DNA of 64,000 bases. Source: an uncultured Paraprevotella sp. (GTDB lineage: Bacteria > Bacteroidota > Bacteroidia > Bacteroidales > Bacteroidaceae). The stretch is taken from positions 5,927-69,926 of the forward strand of contig CALULQ010000015.1 of assembly GCA_944321525.1 (NCBI GenBank), read 5' to 3'. Both the position numbers and the translations under genes were made by a program. Shown here in pieces: positions 30,273-40,511 of the stretch (its first letter is position 1; each line of letters begins with the position of its first letter). Under the pieces are notes generated by a model. It saw only the letters and a list, made by a program, of their open reading frames with translations, ran no database searches and was not told the DNA's origin.

Positions 30273-31160
30273 ATGGACCGTCAATTTGTAGTAGGCCTCG
30301 GGGAAGTCCTGTGGGACATGCTGCCCGAAGGCAAGAAAATGGGAGGCGCACCGGCCAACTTCGCCTACCACGTGTCGCAGTTCGGACTGGAAAGCCGGGT
30401 GGCCAGCGCCATCGGGCGCGACGCCTCGGGCGACGAACTGCTGGACCACCTGCGGCAAAAGTCATTGCAAGGCGTGGTGGAACGCGTGGACTACCCCACC
30501 GGCTCCGTCGGCGTGGAAGTGGACGAGAAGGGCGTGCCGCGCTACGACATCCGCGAAGACGTGGCCTGGGACCACATCCCCTTCACGCCCCGGCTGGAGG
30601 AACTGGCGCGCCACACGCAGGCCGTCTGCTTCGGTTCGCTGGCCCAGCGCCACAGCGCGTCGCGCTCCACCATCCAGCAATTCCTCGACACCATGCCGGA
30701 GGAAGAGGGACGGTATAAAATCTTCGACATCAACCTGCGGCAGAACTTCTACACGCCGGAAATCCTGCTCAGCAGCCTGCAACGCTGCAACATTCTGAAA
30801 ATAAACGACGAGGAGCTGGACGTCATCAGCCGGATATTCGGACTGCCGGACACGGGCGTGCAGAAGAAATGCCACGGCATGCTGGAGAAATACGACCTGA
30901 AGGCCTTGATTCTCACCTGCGGCACGCAGGGCAGCTTCGTGTTCACGCCCGACGACACATCGTTCCAGAACACGCCCAAGGTGGAAGTGGCCGACACAGT
31001 GGGGGCCGGCGACTCCTTCACCGCCGCCTTCACCGCCGCCCTCCTGACTGGCCGCGACCTGCATGAGGCCCATCGGCTGGCCGTGGAAGTGTCGGCCTAC
31101 GTCTGCACGCAATCCGGCGCCATGCCCGTGCTGCCGCAGCGGCTGACGGAAAGGGCATAG
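30273..31160 (+). CDS. PfkB-family carbohydrate kinase (fructokinase-like)
   Basis: LGEVLWDMLPEGKKMGGAPANFA N-terminus and C-terminal DTVGAGDSFTAAF anion-hole motif. 295 aa. Confidence 0.85.
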   Translation: MDRQFVVGLGEVLWDMLPEGKKMGGAPANFAYHVSQFGLESRVASAIGRDASGDELLDHLRQKSLQGVVERVDYPTGSVGVEVDEKGVPRYDIREDVAWDHIPFTPRLEELARHTQAVCFGSLAQRHSASRSTIQQFLDTMPEEEGRYKIFDINLRQNFYTPEILLSSLQRCNILKINDEELDVISRIFGLPDTGVQKKCHGMLEKYDLKALILTCGTQGSFVFTPDDTSFQNTPKVEVADTVGAGDSFTAAFTAALLTGRDLHEAHRLAVEVSAYVCTQSGAMPVLPQRLTERA

Positions 31161-31263
31161 CCTCCGCCGCCCCTTCAAAGCAAGGCATAAACCCTGATAA
31201 AAAGGGATGCGCCCCGACGGACGCATCCCTTTCATTTTATACCGATTCCACAAAAAAGCTTCG

Positions 31264-33666
31264 CTACTTCACTTCCCACTCAAACACACCGGCCGAGTTG
31301 TCGGCGGGAAGCTCCACTTCCAGTTTCATGGCCGAGGTCTTCACGGGTTCGAAATCCACGATGTTGGGCAGGCCCTTCTCGCACCCGTAGTCCCCCTTCG
31401 CCTTCACCGGCGTCCAGTTGCCTTGGCTGTCCTTATAATAAAGCTTCCAGGCTTTGGGCACGCGGCAACCGCCCCACGGGCCGTCGTCGAACCAGTAAAC
31501 GGTGGAGGAAGAGACGGTGGCGGGCTGGGCGAAATCGTAGGTGAGCCACTCCGTGCCGCCCTTCTTGGGCCACCAATGGTAATAAGGCATGGAGCGGTCG
31601 TCGCCATCGGCCGGCACGAGGCGGTCGTTGATGGACGACAAGGCCGTGGTCTTCGTCGAAGCGTCCACGCGGCTCTCCGAGGCCAGCGTGGCCGGCAGGG
31701 CGGGCGTCGTGGCACTCAGTTCTTGCGGCAGCCACACCATCATGTTGCCCGCGCCGCGGTGTGCCCAGGCATAATAAGGAATCAGCGTCAGAGCCACGTC
31801 CTGCGGCCTCAGCATGCCTTGCGCGTCGTAGCCCAGCACCTGTGCCTGGGTCTGGATTTCCGTCAGTCCGTAGAGCAGGTCGGGCTTCTCCACCACCTTG
31901 AACTGCGGCTCGCGGGCCATCAGCAGGTTGCGGATGTTGAAGTCGTTGTCCGGCCACTCCGCGCAATAGACCACCGGGCCGCGCTCCACGGCCACACGCC
32001 CGCGGTCGGCCTCCACTTTGGAATTGGCCACCACCACGCGCGGCTCCATGTCGAAGTGCACCTCCACGCGGTCGCCCTTCTTCCACTTGCGCTCTATGGT
32101 GAAGTAGCCGTCCTGCAATTCGCTCTCCACCGGTTCGCCGTTCAGCTTGACGGAATAAGAGAGGCGCTTCCCGTCGTTATACCGGTAAAGGTCGCTCGGC
32201 ACCACCTGCCCGCGCACCCATCCGGGAATGCGTATTTTCATGGCAAACGTGCCGGCCTTGTTCTTCTTCACCGCCACCGCGATGTCGCCGTTCCAGGGAT
32301 AGCGGGTCTGCTGCTCCAGCACCACGTCTTTCTTGCCCACCTCCAGATTGGCTTCGTTGGACATGAAGAGGTTGACGTAGACGTCCTTGTCCTTCACCGC
32401 ATAGACGTAGCCCGGCAACGAAGGGATGAATCGGCAGATGTTCGACGGGCAGCAGGCACAGCCGAACCACGGTTGGCGCTGGTGCTGCCCCATGCTCTCC
32501 AGCGGGTTGGGATAGAAGAATCCGCCGCCGTCCAGCGACACGCCGGAAATCAGTCCGTTGTAGAGCGTGCGCTCCAACACGTCGTAGTATTTGGATTCCC
32601 CGTGCAGGAGGAAGAGCCGGTAGTTCACGTAGACATTGCCGATGGCCGCGCACGTTTCGCAGTAGGCCGACATGTTGGGCAACTCGTAATTCTTCCCGAA
32701 TGCCTCGCCGCTGGCCGTGGCGCCAATGCCGCCCGTGATATAGAGCTTCTTCCCGACGATGTTTTCCCATATCCGGTCGATGGCGTGGATATAGGCCGTG
32801 TCGCCGGTGAGCGCAGCCACGTCGGCCATGCCCGCGTACATGTAAGTGGCGCGCACGGCGTGGCCCACAGCCTCGTCCTGCTCCACCACAGGCTTGTGCG
32901 CCTGGCTGTATTCGTCGCGGCGCGAGGTGTGCCCGCGCTGGTCGAGGAAGAACTTGGCCTCGTCGAGATACTTCTTCTCGCCCGTCACGAGATAGAGCTT
33001 GGCCAGCGCCATCTCCGCAATCTGATGGCCCGGCACGCGGACCAGCTGCCCTTCGCCCGGCCCAATCTCGCGGCATACGCAGTCGGCATAGCGGATGGCG
33101 ATGTCGAGGAAGTTGCGCTTGCCCGTGGCCTGGTAGTGGGCAATGGCGCCCTCCACCATGTGGCCCAGGTTGTAGAACTCATGGCTCAGGTCCTCCACCT
33201 TCTCCCAACGCTTGCTTCCCGCCCACTCGTGCGGGTGCTTGGGGTTCATGGTGCGGGCAGTGTAGAGGTATCCGTCGGGCTCCTGCGCGGGAGCGACTAT
33301 CTCCAGCACGCTGTCGATGTAGGCTTCCAGTTTCTCGTCGGGATAGGTCTGCAACAGGTAGCTCGCGCCTTCGATGGTCTTGTACACGTCCGTGTCGTCG
33401 AACGAGAAGCCGCCCACCTTGTATTCCTCGCTTGGATGGGCCGCCTTGACAAAGTTCTCATAACGCCCCGTCTCCTCGCACTTGCTGAATGCCAAGGGAA
33501 TCGTCACTTCGCGGCTCGCCTTCAGGCGCTGCCCCCAGAAGCTGTCGGTCACCTTCACGGACGTGAACGGCACGGGCGAGAACGGATAACCATGGGTCAG
33601 GTCCTTGGCCTGCGCGCCGCACACGGCGGAGAAGATGCAGACAGCCGTAAACAGTTCTTTCTTCAT
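31264..33666 (-). CDS. glycoside hydrolase family 127 (beta-L-arabinofuranosidase-like) with C-terminal discoidin/F5-8 type C-like domain
   Basis: Signal peptide. DUF1680/GH127 blocks FDDTDVYKTIEGASY, EFYNLGHMVEGAIAHY, GHAVRATYMY, YCETCA and WFGCACCPSN. The C-terminal ~150 aa is a beta-sandwich ending NSAGVFEWEV. Confidence 0.9.
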   Translation of the reverse strand: MKKELFTAVCIFSAVCGAQAKDLTHGYPFSPVPFTSVKVTDSFWGQRLKASREVTIPLAFSKCEETGRYENFVKAAHPSEEYKVGGFSFDDTDVYKTIEGASYLLQTYPDEKLEAYIDSVLEIVAPAQEPDGYLYTARTMNPKHPHEWAGSKRWEKVEDLSHEFYNLGHMVEGAIAHYQATGKRNFLDIAIRYADCVCREIGPGEGQLVRVPGHQIAEMALAKLYLVTGEKKYLDEAKFFLDQRGHTSRRDEYSQAHKPVVEQDEAVGHAVRATYMYAGMADVAALTGDTAYIHAIDRIWENIVGKKLYITGGIGATASGEAFGKNYELPNMSAYCETCAAIGNVYVNYRLFLLHGESKYYDVLERTLYNGLISGVSLDGGGFFYPNPLESMGQHQRQPWFGCACCPSNICRFIPSLPGYVYAVKDKDVYVNLFMSNEANLEVGKKDVVLEQQTRYPWNGDIAVAVKKNKAGTFAMKIRIPGWVRGQVVPSDLYRYNDGKRLSYSVKLNGEPVESELQDGYFTIERKWKKGDRVEVHFDMEPRVVVANSKVEADRGRVAVERGPVVYCAEWPDNDFNIRNLLMAREPQFKVVEKPDLLYGLTEIQTQAQVLGYDAQGMLRPQDVALTLIPYYAWAHRGAGNMMVWLPQELSATTPALPATLASESRVDASTKTTALSSINDRLVPADGDDRSMPYYHWWPKKGGTEWLTYDFAQPATVSSSTVYWFDDGPWGGCRVPKAWKLYYKDSQGNWTPVKAKGDYGCEKGLPNIVDFEPVKTSAMKLEVELPADNSAGVFEWEVK

Positions 33667-33755
33667 GATGATTTGTGATAATAGTTTTTATTAGGTTAAA
33701 GGAAAAGGAGGCACGCGCGGTTTCCCGCCCGGCATGCCTCCCGTAAACTTGCATG

Positions 33756-35144
33756 CTATTCCGTCAAGGCACGGTAGACCTCCCGCGCCATGATGCGCGC
33801 GCCGGCCTCGTTCGGGTGTATCTTGTCCGGGAAGAGGCCGGGCTTGTTGTCCAAAGCCGAATGGAGGTCTATGACGGGCAGCCCGTTCTTCCGGGCCACC
33901 TTCTCTATCTTGGGGATAATTTCGCCTGCGATGATGTCGTCGTTGATGTGGTCGCCGGCCAGATAGGCCTTCGAAGGATAGCACAGGTAAATGTCCGGAT
34001 GCGAAGGCAGCGCCTCGAAAGCGTCCACCATGGCCTGCAGGTCTTTCTCGAAGTCTTTCTTGTGCTTCCAGTTGAACGACTTGCTGTCGTTCGTCCCCAG
34101 TTTGATGACCACGATGTCGGGGTTGAAGGCCAAAGCGTCGCGATAGGCCTGTTCGTTCATATAAGGCCAGTCGCCCTTGTTCATCAACGTCCGGGCGCTC
34201 ACGCCGAAATTCTTCACCCAATAGCCCTCGCCCAGCATGCGTCCCAACACGGCGGGGTAACTGTCGCGCCCGGGATTCCTCAACCCGAAGCCATACGTGA
34301 TGCTGTTGCCCACGCAGGCCACGCGGATGGCATCCTTGCGCGGCACCTTAAAGCTGGCGAGCCAGGACGTGAGTTCGTCGAGCATCTCGTCCTTGTACAG
34401 AAAACTTTCGCGGATTCCCCAGCCGTGGCCGCCCGACGGATAGACATGGAGCACGGCGGGAACACCTTGGCGGTTCAGGGCCAGGTAATAGTTCACCGCG
34501 TTGGCGGGCACGACCACGTCATCGTCGTCGCTACACACGATGAAGGCACGCGGCGTGTCTTTCGTCACTTGCCTTTCATTGGAATAGGCCGCCTCGTCTT
34601 CGGCAGAAGCATCCTTGCCCAGGAAGTTGTCGTGCGACCCGATATGGGTGTAGGACTTGTCCATCGTGATGACCGGATAAACGAGAATCTGGAAGTCCGG
34701 ACGGCTTTCCCCGCGGGCGTGGGTCGCCACGGTGGATGCCAGATGGCCGCCGGCCGAAGATCCCATGATGCCGATGTCCCTCGGATTAAGCCCCCAAACG
34801 TCGGCACTGTCGCGCGCCATCTTCACCGCCGCTTCGGCATCCGAAACGGGCAGCGACCGGTCGCCGTTCGGCATCCGGTATCTGAGCACTATCGCCGCTA
34901 TGCCTTGCTTGTTGAAGTAAGGCGCCCAGTCGTAACCCTCATGGTCGACGGCCAAATGGGAATAACCGCCACCCGGACAGATGACGACAGCACGCCCCGT
35001 GGCCAAATCGGGATCGGGAAGGAACACTCGGAGCGAAGGCTGCTCCACCTCGAAAGGAGCCGGCACTCCGGCGGCAGCCGCACGGCCCGCCGCCAGGCAC
35101 CACATCCCCACAAGAAAAAGGGAGTAAAGAAGTTTGTTTCTCAT
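33756..35144 (-). CDS. bifunctional esterase: alpha/beta-hydrolase domain + SGNH/GDSL hydrolase domain
   Basis: Signal peptide from Met 35144. CPGGGY..GSSAGGHLA..GGHGW (alpha/beta fold), then CVGNSITYG..GTNDS..DKIHPNEAG (SGNH blocks I, III and V). Confidence 0.85.
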   Translation of the reverse strand: MRNKLLYSLFLVGMWCLAAGRAAAAGVPAPFEVEQPSLRVFLPDPDLATGRAVVICPGGGYSHLAVDHEGYDWAPYFNKQGIAAIVLRYRMPNGDRSLPVSDAEAAVKMARDSADVWGLNPRDIGIMGSSAGGHLASTVATHARGESRPDFQILVYPVITMDKSYTHIGSHDNFLGKDASAEDEAAYSNERQVTKDTPRAFIVCSDDDDVVVPANAVNYYLALNRQGVPAVLHVYPSGGHGWGIRESFLYKDEMLDELTSWLASFKVPRKDAIRVACVGNSITYGFGLRNPGRDSYPAVLGRMLGEGYWVKNFGVSARTLMNKGDWPYMNEQAYRDALAFNPDIVVIKLGTNDSKSFNWKHKKDFEKDLQAMVDAFEALPSHPDIYLCYPSKAYLAGDHINDDIIAGEIIPKIEKVARKNGLPVIDLHSALDNKPGLFPDKIHPNEAGARIMAREVYRALTE

Positions 35145-35256
35145 GTTTGATTCATCCATTAATCGTTCTATCCACAAAGATAAGGATTTTGCACTTTTTC
35201 CTCTTCCTGCCGGATAAAAAAACGCCCTTATCATAGACTTATTTAACAAAACAGAT

Positions 35257-35264
35257 TATCTTTG
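35257..35264 (+). promoter_or_regulatory. putative -7 promoter box for the second GH127 gene
   Basis: TATCTTTG lies 29 nt upstream of ATG 35293. Confidence 0.45.
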
Positions 35265-35292
35265 TACGGACAAACCCTAACGACATAAACCA

Positions 35293-37740
35293 ATGAAGAA
35301 CAAAAGCTTTTTCAGCAGGCTCTCCGCATGGGCGCTTTCCGCACTGGCTTTCCCCCTCACGGGGCACAGCCAGACCGACGTTCCCATCTTGGAAGTCCCT
35401 TTCACCCAAGTACGGTTCCAAGACGACTTCTGGTCGCCACGCATGGAGACGAACCGGACGGTTTCCATTCCCTCGGCCTTCAAGGAGTGCGAGAAGAACG
35501 GCCGCTTCGACAACTTCGCCATCGCCGGCGGACTAAAGGAAGGAGAACACCGGGGCGACTTCTCGTTCGACGACACCGACCCGTATAAAATCATTGAAGG
35601 GGCGTCTTACTCGCTCGCCGTGAAATACGACGCACAGCTGGATGCCTATCTGGACAGCGTCATCACCCTCATCGCAGCGGCGCAGGAACCGGACGGCTAC
35701 CTGACCACGTGCGTGACCAACAAATGCACGCGGCTCTCCGGCTGGTGGGGCACGCACCGATGGGAAAAAATCAACAGCCACGAACTCTACAACTCCGGCC
35801 ACCTCTACGAGGCCGCCGTGGCCCACTACCGCGCCACGGGGAAACGCTCGTTGCTGGACGTTGCCATCAAGAACGCCGACCTGGTGTGCCAAGTGTTCGG
35901 ACCGGAGGAAGGACAGAAACACGTGCCCTCGGGCCATCCCATCGTGGAGATGGCGCTGGCCAAACTCTATAAGGTCACAGGGAACGAGCAATATCTCCGC
36001 ACCGCGAAATATTTTGTGGAGGAGACGGGGCGCTGCACCGACGGACACGCGCCCAGCGAATACAGCCAAGACCACAAGCCTATCCTGCAACAGGAGGAAA
36101 TCGTGGGCCATGCCGTGCGCGCGGGCTACCTCTATTCGGGAGTGGCCGACGTGGCCGCGCTCACCGGCGACACGGCTTACTTCCACGCCCTCTCGCGCAT
36201 CTGGGAGAACATGGCCGGGCGCAAGCTCTACATCACCGGCGGCATCGGCTCGCGGGCGCAAGGCGAAGGCTTCGGCCCCGACTACGAGCTCAACAACCAC
36301 ACGGCGTATTGCGAAACCTGCGCGGCCATCGCCAACGTCTACTGGAACCACCGCATGTTCCTCGCCACTGGGGACTCCAAGTATGAAGACGTGCTGGAGC
36401 GCGCGCTCTACAACGGCGTCATCTCGGGCGTGTCGCTGAGCGGCGACCGCTTCTTCTACGACAACCCGCTCGAGAGCATGGGACAGCACGCCCGCCAGGC
36501 ATGGTTCGGCTGCGCCTGCTGTCCGGGAAACGTCACCCGCTTCATGGCTTCCGTGCCCCACTACATGTACGCCACGCAAAAAAACGACGTGTTCGTCAAC
36601 CTCTACGTGCAAAGCACGGCCGAAATCGAAACGCAGAAGAACCAACTGGAAATACGGCAAGAGACGGATTACCCGTGGGATGGGAAAATCAGCCTCACCA
36701 TCGAACCTAAGAAGAAACAGACGTTCGCCCTGCGCCTCCGCATCCCGGGATGGGCGCAGAACCGCCCTGTGCCGACCGACCTCTATCACTACGTCGGCGA
36801 GGGAAAAGGCTTCACGCTGACGGTCAACGGGCAGGAAACGGACTACCGGATGGAGAACGGTTATGCCGTTGTGCGCCGGAAATGGAACAAAGGCGACCGC
36901 GTGGAACTGAACCTCCCCATGGAAGTGCGCCAGGTGGAAGCCAACCCGCAGGTGTTGGACGACCGCGGGAAGGCCGCCATCGAACGGGGCCCCATCGTGT
37001 ACTGCATCGAAGACAAGGACCAACCGGACAGCACGGTGTTCAACAAATTCATTCCCATCGGAACCCCAATGGCCTCCGTCTGCAAACCGGAAACGCTCAA
37101 TGGCATCGTCGGCCTGACCGGCATGGCCAAAGCCCTGTCCCGCAACGGCGACGTCACCGACGTGCCGTTCCACGCCATCCCTTATTCCGTGTGGAACAAC
37201 CGCGGCAACAGCCAGATGGCCGTGTGGATTCCCACCGCCCCGTCGTATGCGCGCCCCGAGCCGCTCCCGACCATCGCCAGCAAGGCCCGCACGCTGATGA
37301 TACAGGCTCCCATCCAGAAAGACGCCCCCGAGTCGGCCGCCACGGAAGCCTGGGCCTGGGGCGTGAACGACCAGTGGGAACCGAAACGCTCTTCGGACAC
37401 GTCCAAGCCCTACCACTACTGGTGGCTTAGAAACGGAACGGAAGAAACGCTCGCCTATGAGTTCGACCAACCTTACGCCGTTTCGGGCGTCGAGGTCTAT
37501 TGGCTCGACTTCGACCACTACGACGGCAACTTCCGTGTCCCGGCATCGTGGAAACTCTTCTACAAAGACGGGGACAGCTGGAAAGAAGTGGAAGCCACTA
37601 CGCCCTACACCGTGGACAAAGACCGATACAACCGGCTCGACTTCAAGCCGGTGACCACCACCGGACTGAAAATCGCCGCACAACTGCAACGCGGGGAGTC
37701 GGGCGGAGTCATCGAATGGAAAGTCATCCCGGCAAAATAA
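35293..37740 (+). CDS. glycoside hydrolase family 127 paralog with C-terminal discoidin-like domain
   Basis: Same blocks as 31264..33666: FDDTDPYKIIEGASY, ELYNSGHLYEAAVAHY, GHAVRAGYLY, YCETCA, WFGCACCPGN. Ends ESGGVIEWKV. Confidence 0.9.
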   Translation: MKNKSFFSRLSAWALSALAFPLTGHSQTDVPILEVPFTQVRFQDDFWSPRMETNRTVSIPSAFKECEKNGRFDNFAIAGGLKEGEHRGDFSFDDTDPYKIIEGASYSLAVKYDAQLDAYLDSVITLIAAAQEPDGYLTTCVTNKCTRLSGWWGTHRWEKINSHELYNSGHLYEAAVAHYRATGKRSLLDVAIKNADLVCQVFGPEEGQKHVPSGHPIVEMALAKLYKVTGNEQYLRTAKYFVEETGRCTDGHAPSEYSQDHKPILQQEEIVGHAVRAGYLYSGVADVAALTGDTAYFHALSRIWENMAGRKLYITGGIGSRAQGEGFGPDYELNNHTAYCETCAAIANVYWNHRMFLATGDSKYEDVLERALYNGVISGVSLSGDRFFYDNPLESMGQHARQAWFGCACCPGNVTRFMASVPHYMYATQKNDVFVNLYVQSTAEIETQKNQLEIRQETDYPWDGKISLTIEPKKKQTFALRLRIPGWAQNRPVPTDLYHYVGEGKGFTLTVNGQETDYRMENGYAVVRRKWNKGDRVELNLPMEVRQVEANPQVLDDRGKAAIERGPIVYCIEDKDQPDSTVFNKFIPIGTPMASVCKPETLNGIVGLTGMAKALSRNGDVTDVPFHAIPYSVWNNRGNSQMAVWIPTAPSYARPEPLPTIASKARTLMIQAPIQKDAPESAATEAWAWGVNDQWEPKRSSDTSKPYHYWWLRNGTEETLAYEFDQPYAVSGVEVYWLDFDHYDGNFRVPASWKLFYKDGDSWKEVEATTPYTVDKDRYNRLDFKPVTTTGLKIAAQLQRGESGGVIEWKVIPAK

Positions 37741-37822
37741 CGGACGGCACCGGCCGCCTGCCCCGTCTGCCCCAAACGCGGACGGGGATATTTTTTAACC
37801 CACAAAAGCAAATTCAAGCACA

Positions 37823-38575
37823 ATGAAATTCATCTCATGGAACGTCAACGGCCTGAGGGCTTGTTGCGACAAAGGATTCAAAGAGGCTTTCACGGCCTTG
37901 GACGCAGACTTCTTCTGCCTGCAGGAAACGAAGATGCAGGCGGGACAGCTCGACCTGGAATTTGAAGGCTACCGCTCTTATTGGAACTACGCCGAGAAGA
38001 AAGGATACTCCGGCACGGCCATTTTCAGCCGCCACGAACCGCTCAACGTCTCCTACGGACTGGGAATGGAGGAGCACGACAAGGAGGGGCGTGTCATCAC
38101 GCTCGAGATGGCGGACTTCTTCCTCGTCACCGTCTACACCCCCAACTCGCAGGACGAATTGCGGCGGCTGGACTACCGGATGCAATGGGAAGACGACTTC
38201 CGCGACTACCTGCTCCGTCTGGACGCGCAGAAGCCGGTCGTCGTCTGCGGCGACCTGAACGTGGCGCACAAAGAGATTGACCTGAAAAACCCGAAGTCGA
38301 ACCGCAAGAACGCGGGCTTCACCGACGAAGAGCGCGCAAAATTCGGCGCCCTGCTGGAGAGCGGCTTCACCGACACTTTCCGCTTCTTCTACCCCGAGCA
38401 GGAGGGCATCTACTCCTGGTGGTCCTACCGCTTCCGCGCCCGCGAGAAGAACGCAGGCTGGCGCATCGACTATTTCCTCGTGTCGCGCAGGCTGGAAAGC
38501 CAGCTCAAGGGCGCGGCCATCCACACGGAAATCTTCGGCTCGGACCATTGCCCGGTGGAAGTGGACTTGTTCTGA
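37823..38575 (+). CDS. xth: exodeoxyribonuclease III
   Basis: [13 protein letters not shown] .. FCLQETK .. CGDLNVAH .. GSDHCPV, 250 aa. Confidence 0.95.
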   Translation: MKFISWNVNGLRACCDKGFKEAFTALDADFFCLQETKMQAGQLDLEFEGYRSYWNYAEKKGYSGTAIFSRHEPLNVSYGLGMEEHDKEGRVITLEMADFFLVTVYTPNSQDELRRLDYRMQWEDDFRDYLLRLDAQKPVVVCGDLNVAHKEIDLKNPKSNRKNAGFTDEERAKFGALLESGFTDTFRFFYPEQEGIYSWWSYRFRAREKNAGWRIDYFLVSRRLESQLKGAAIHTEIFGSDHCPVEVDLF

Positions 38576-38596
38576 CCCGCCGGACAACCGGCCACA

Positions 38597-38651
38597 CTAC
38601 GGAAGAAGCCGCCCTGCATGCATTCCTGCTGCAAGGCGGCTTCTTCCGTAG
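38597..38651. terminator. bidirectional hairpin between the convergent xth and NlpC/P60 genes
   Basis: Perfect 17-bp stem CTACGGAAGAAGCCGCC / GGCGGCTTCTTCCGTAG. Confidence 0.65.
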
Positions 38652-38663
38652 TGCGTATTTCCT

Positions 38664-39158
38664 TTAGCCCAAAATCCGGCAGGCGCCCACGTAGCGGCGG
38701 TCGTAGTAACCGTCGGAAGAGGAATTGATGCAGATGCCCCCGCGGCCGGCATGGATGAACTCGAACTCACCCGTTTCGGCATCGACGCCCGTCACGATGC
38801 CCACGTGCCCGATGGTCTTCTTCGACCGCGTGCCGGTGAAGAACACGAGGTCGCCTTCCTGCAAGTCGCGCCGGTCGCTGATGCGCACCCCGTCCTTGAT
38901 TTGCGTGCGCGAGGAGCGCGTCAACTGAATGTCGAGCGACTTGTAGACGTAGGTGGTGAAGCCGGAACAGTCGAAACCCTTCTTGGGATTCATGCACCCG
39001 TAGCGGTAGGGCACGCCGAGAAACTCCTTGGCCTTCTCCACGATGTCGCGGCCCGTCACGGAGTCTTCCACCGCCACACTGTCCGCCACGGACTGGGCAC
39101 ACACAGGAACACTACCGAAAAAGACACACAACAAAAGTAAAGACCAAAGACGTCGCAT
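38664..39158 (-). CDS. C40 (NlpC/P60) family peptidase
   Basis: Signal peptide. GVPYRYGCMNPKKGFDCSGFTTYVY (catalytic Cys) .. GHVGIV .. FIHA. Confidence 0.85.
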   Translation of the reverse strand: MRRLWSLLLLCVFFGSVPVCAQSVADSVAVEDSVTGRDIVEKAKEFLGVPYRYGCMNPKKGFDCSGFTTYVYKSLDIQLTRSSRTQIKDGVRISDRRDLQEGDLVFFTGTRSKKTIGHVGIVTGVDAETGEFEFIHAGRGGICINSSSDGYYDRRYVGACRILG

Positions 39159-39181
39159 CCGTATTTTGAGTTTATGATTAA

Positions 39182-39231
39182 GGGTTCTACGTGAATTTGC
39201 CGCCGAAGTTACAAATATTCACGTAGAACCC
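39182..39231 (-). terminator. hairpin downstream of the Smr-domain gene
   Basis: Perfect 15-bp stem GGGTTCTACGTGAAT / ATTCACGTAGAACCC with a 20-nt loop. No clear T-run. Confidence 0.45.
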
Positions 39232-39274
39232 CAATTTTATATACAACTTTTAAGAGCCTTTAAGACAGCGCAGG

Positions 39275-40363
39275 TCAGTGGACGGTCACCATCGTGGCCC
39301 CGAAGCCGTATTCGCGGAACGAGGCGTCCTGATAGGTGCACTGCTTGTAAGCGTGTTTCAGTTCCTTGATGATTTCGCTGCGGAGCACGCCCTCGCCCTT
39401 CCCGTGGATGAAGACGATTTTCTGCCCCTTGTTCTTCAGGTTCTCGTCCATCACGCGGCGGAACTCCTTCATCTGCACGCCCAGCATCTCCTTGTGCGAC
39501 AATCCGTTGGTGTTGTCCAGCAGTTCCGTCAGGTGCAGGTCCACCTCGATGATGCCGTTCTTCTGCGCTTCCGGTTTGCGGGCGGGCTGCCGCGCGGGCC
39601 GCTCGTCGGCCGACTTCTTCAGCAGGGCGTCCTTCAGCTGTTCGGCATTGACAAACACCGTGCGCGCCGGCACGTCATCCTTCACCACGTCATAGATGAG
39701 CGCGTTTTCCTCAAAGAAGTCCGAGGGCTGGAACGTGTGGAGCTTGTAGAACTTCACCGTGTCGATGCGCAGTTCCACCTGCACGGCGGGTTTCAGCAGG
39801 AACGTCTTATCCTGCTTGTAGGCCATGCACTGCACGCAGACGCGCTCCATGCCATTGAGCGCCTCGCGGTCGAACTCCTCCATGAAGAGCTTGGTGTTGG
39901 GCTCCACCGTGCCGTGGAAGCGGACGCGCCATCCCGTACCCTCCACGCTCATGTAGAGGAAGTCCACGAAGTAGTTACTGTCGTTCACTAGGTAGGCTTC
40001 AAACGCCGTGGTGGTCATCTCCTTGGGGTTCATCGGCACGTAGGCCAGACAGACGTTCAGCTTTTCGCCCTCGCGGCGCTCCAGCGGTTTGGGGGTGAAC
40101 GTCACGGGGCGGTCGTCGTCCTCGTCGTCGTCCCGGTAGCGTGCCGTGCCTTGCGGCTTTTCCAGTTTCTTCTTGTCGTGCGTGCCGGTGTTCACCTTGG
40201 CAATGTTGTAGTCGTCGGTGTCAATCACCACGCATTCGCGGATGGGCATGGGAATGTCGAACCCGTCCTCGTCGCGCACCAGCGCCGTGTCCTTGTCCTG
40301 GAAGCCGGAGACGATGCCGCCTCCCACTTCGCTCAGGAACCTTACTTTATCTCCTATCTTCAT
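39275..40363 (-). CDS. Smr/MutS2-type small-MutS-related domain protein (DUF2027-like N-terminus)
   Basis: C-terminal Smr block [11 protein letters not shown] .. [21 protein letters not shown]. Start Met 40363 (MKIGDKVRF..) preferred over the listed 40399. Confidence 0.8.
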   Translation of the reverse strand: MKIGDKVRFLSEVGGGIVSGFQDKDTALVRDEDGFDIPMPIRECVVIDTDDYNIAKVNTGTHDKKKLEKPQGTARYRDDDEDDDRPVTFTPKPLERREGEKLNVCLAYVPMNPKEMTTTAFEAYLVNDSNYFVDFLYMSVEGTGWRVRFHGTVEPNTKLFMEEFDREALNGMERVCVQCMAYKQDKTFLLKPAVQVELRIDTVKFYKLHTFQPSDFFEENALIYDVVKDDVPARTVFVNAEQLKDALLKKSADERPARQPARKPEAQKNGIIEVDLHLTELLDNTNGLSHKEMLGVQMKEFRRVMDENLKNKGQKIVFIHGKGEGVLRSEIIKELKHAYKQCTYQDASFREYGFGATMVTVH

Positions 40364-40511
40364 GTCTCTGCTTTTTTTAACCTTGCAAATATACACCAAT
40401 CCGCGAGTTGTACAAAATCCGGCACGGTGGCTTTAGGCTTTTTTATCCCTCCATGCCGCCCGCGGCTCGGCAAATATGCCTAACTTTGCGCATTGCAAAC
40501 GGAAAAAAGAA

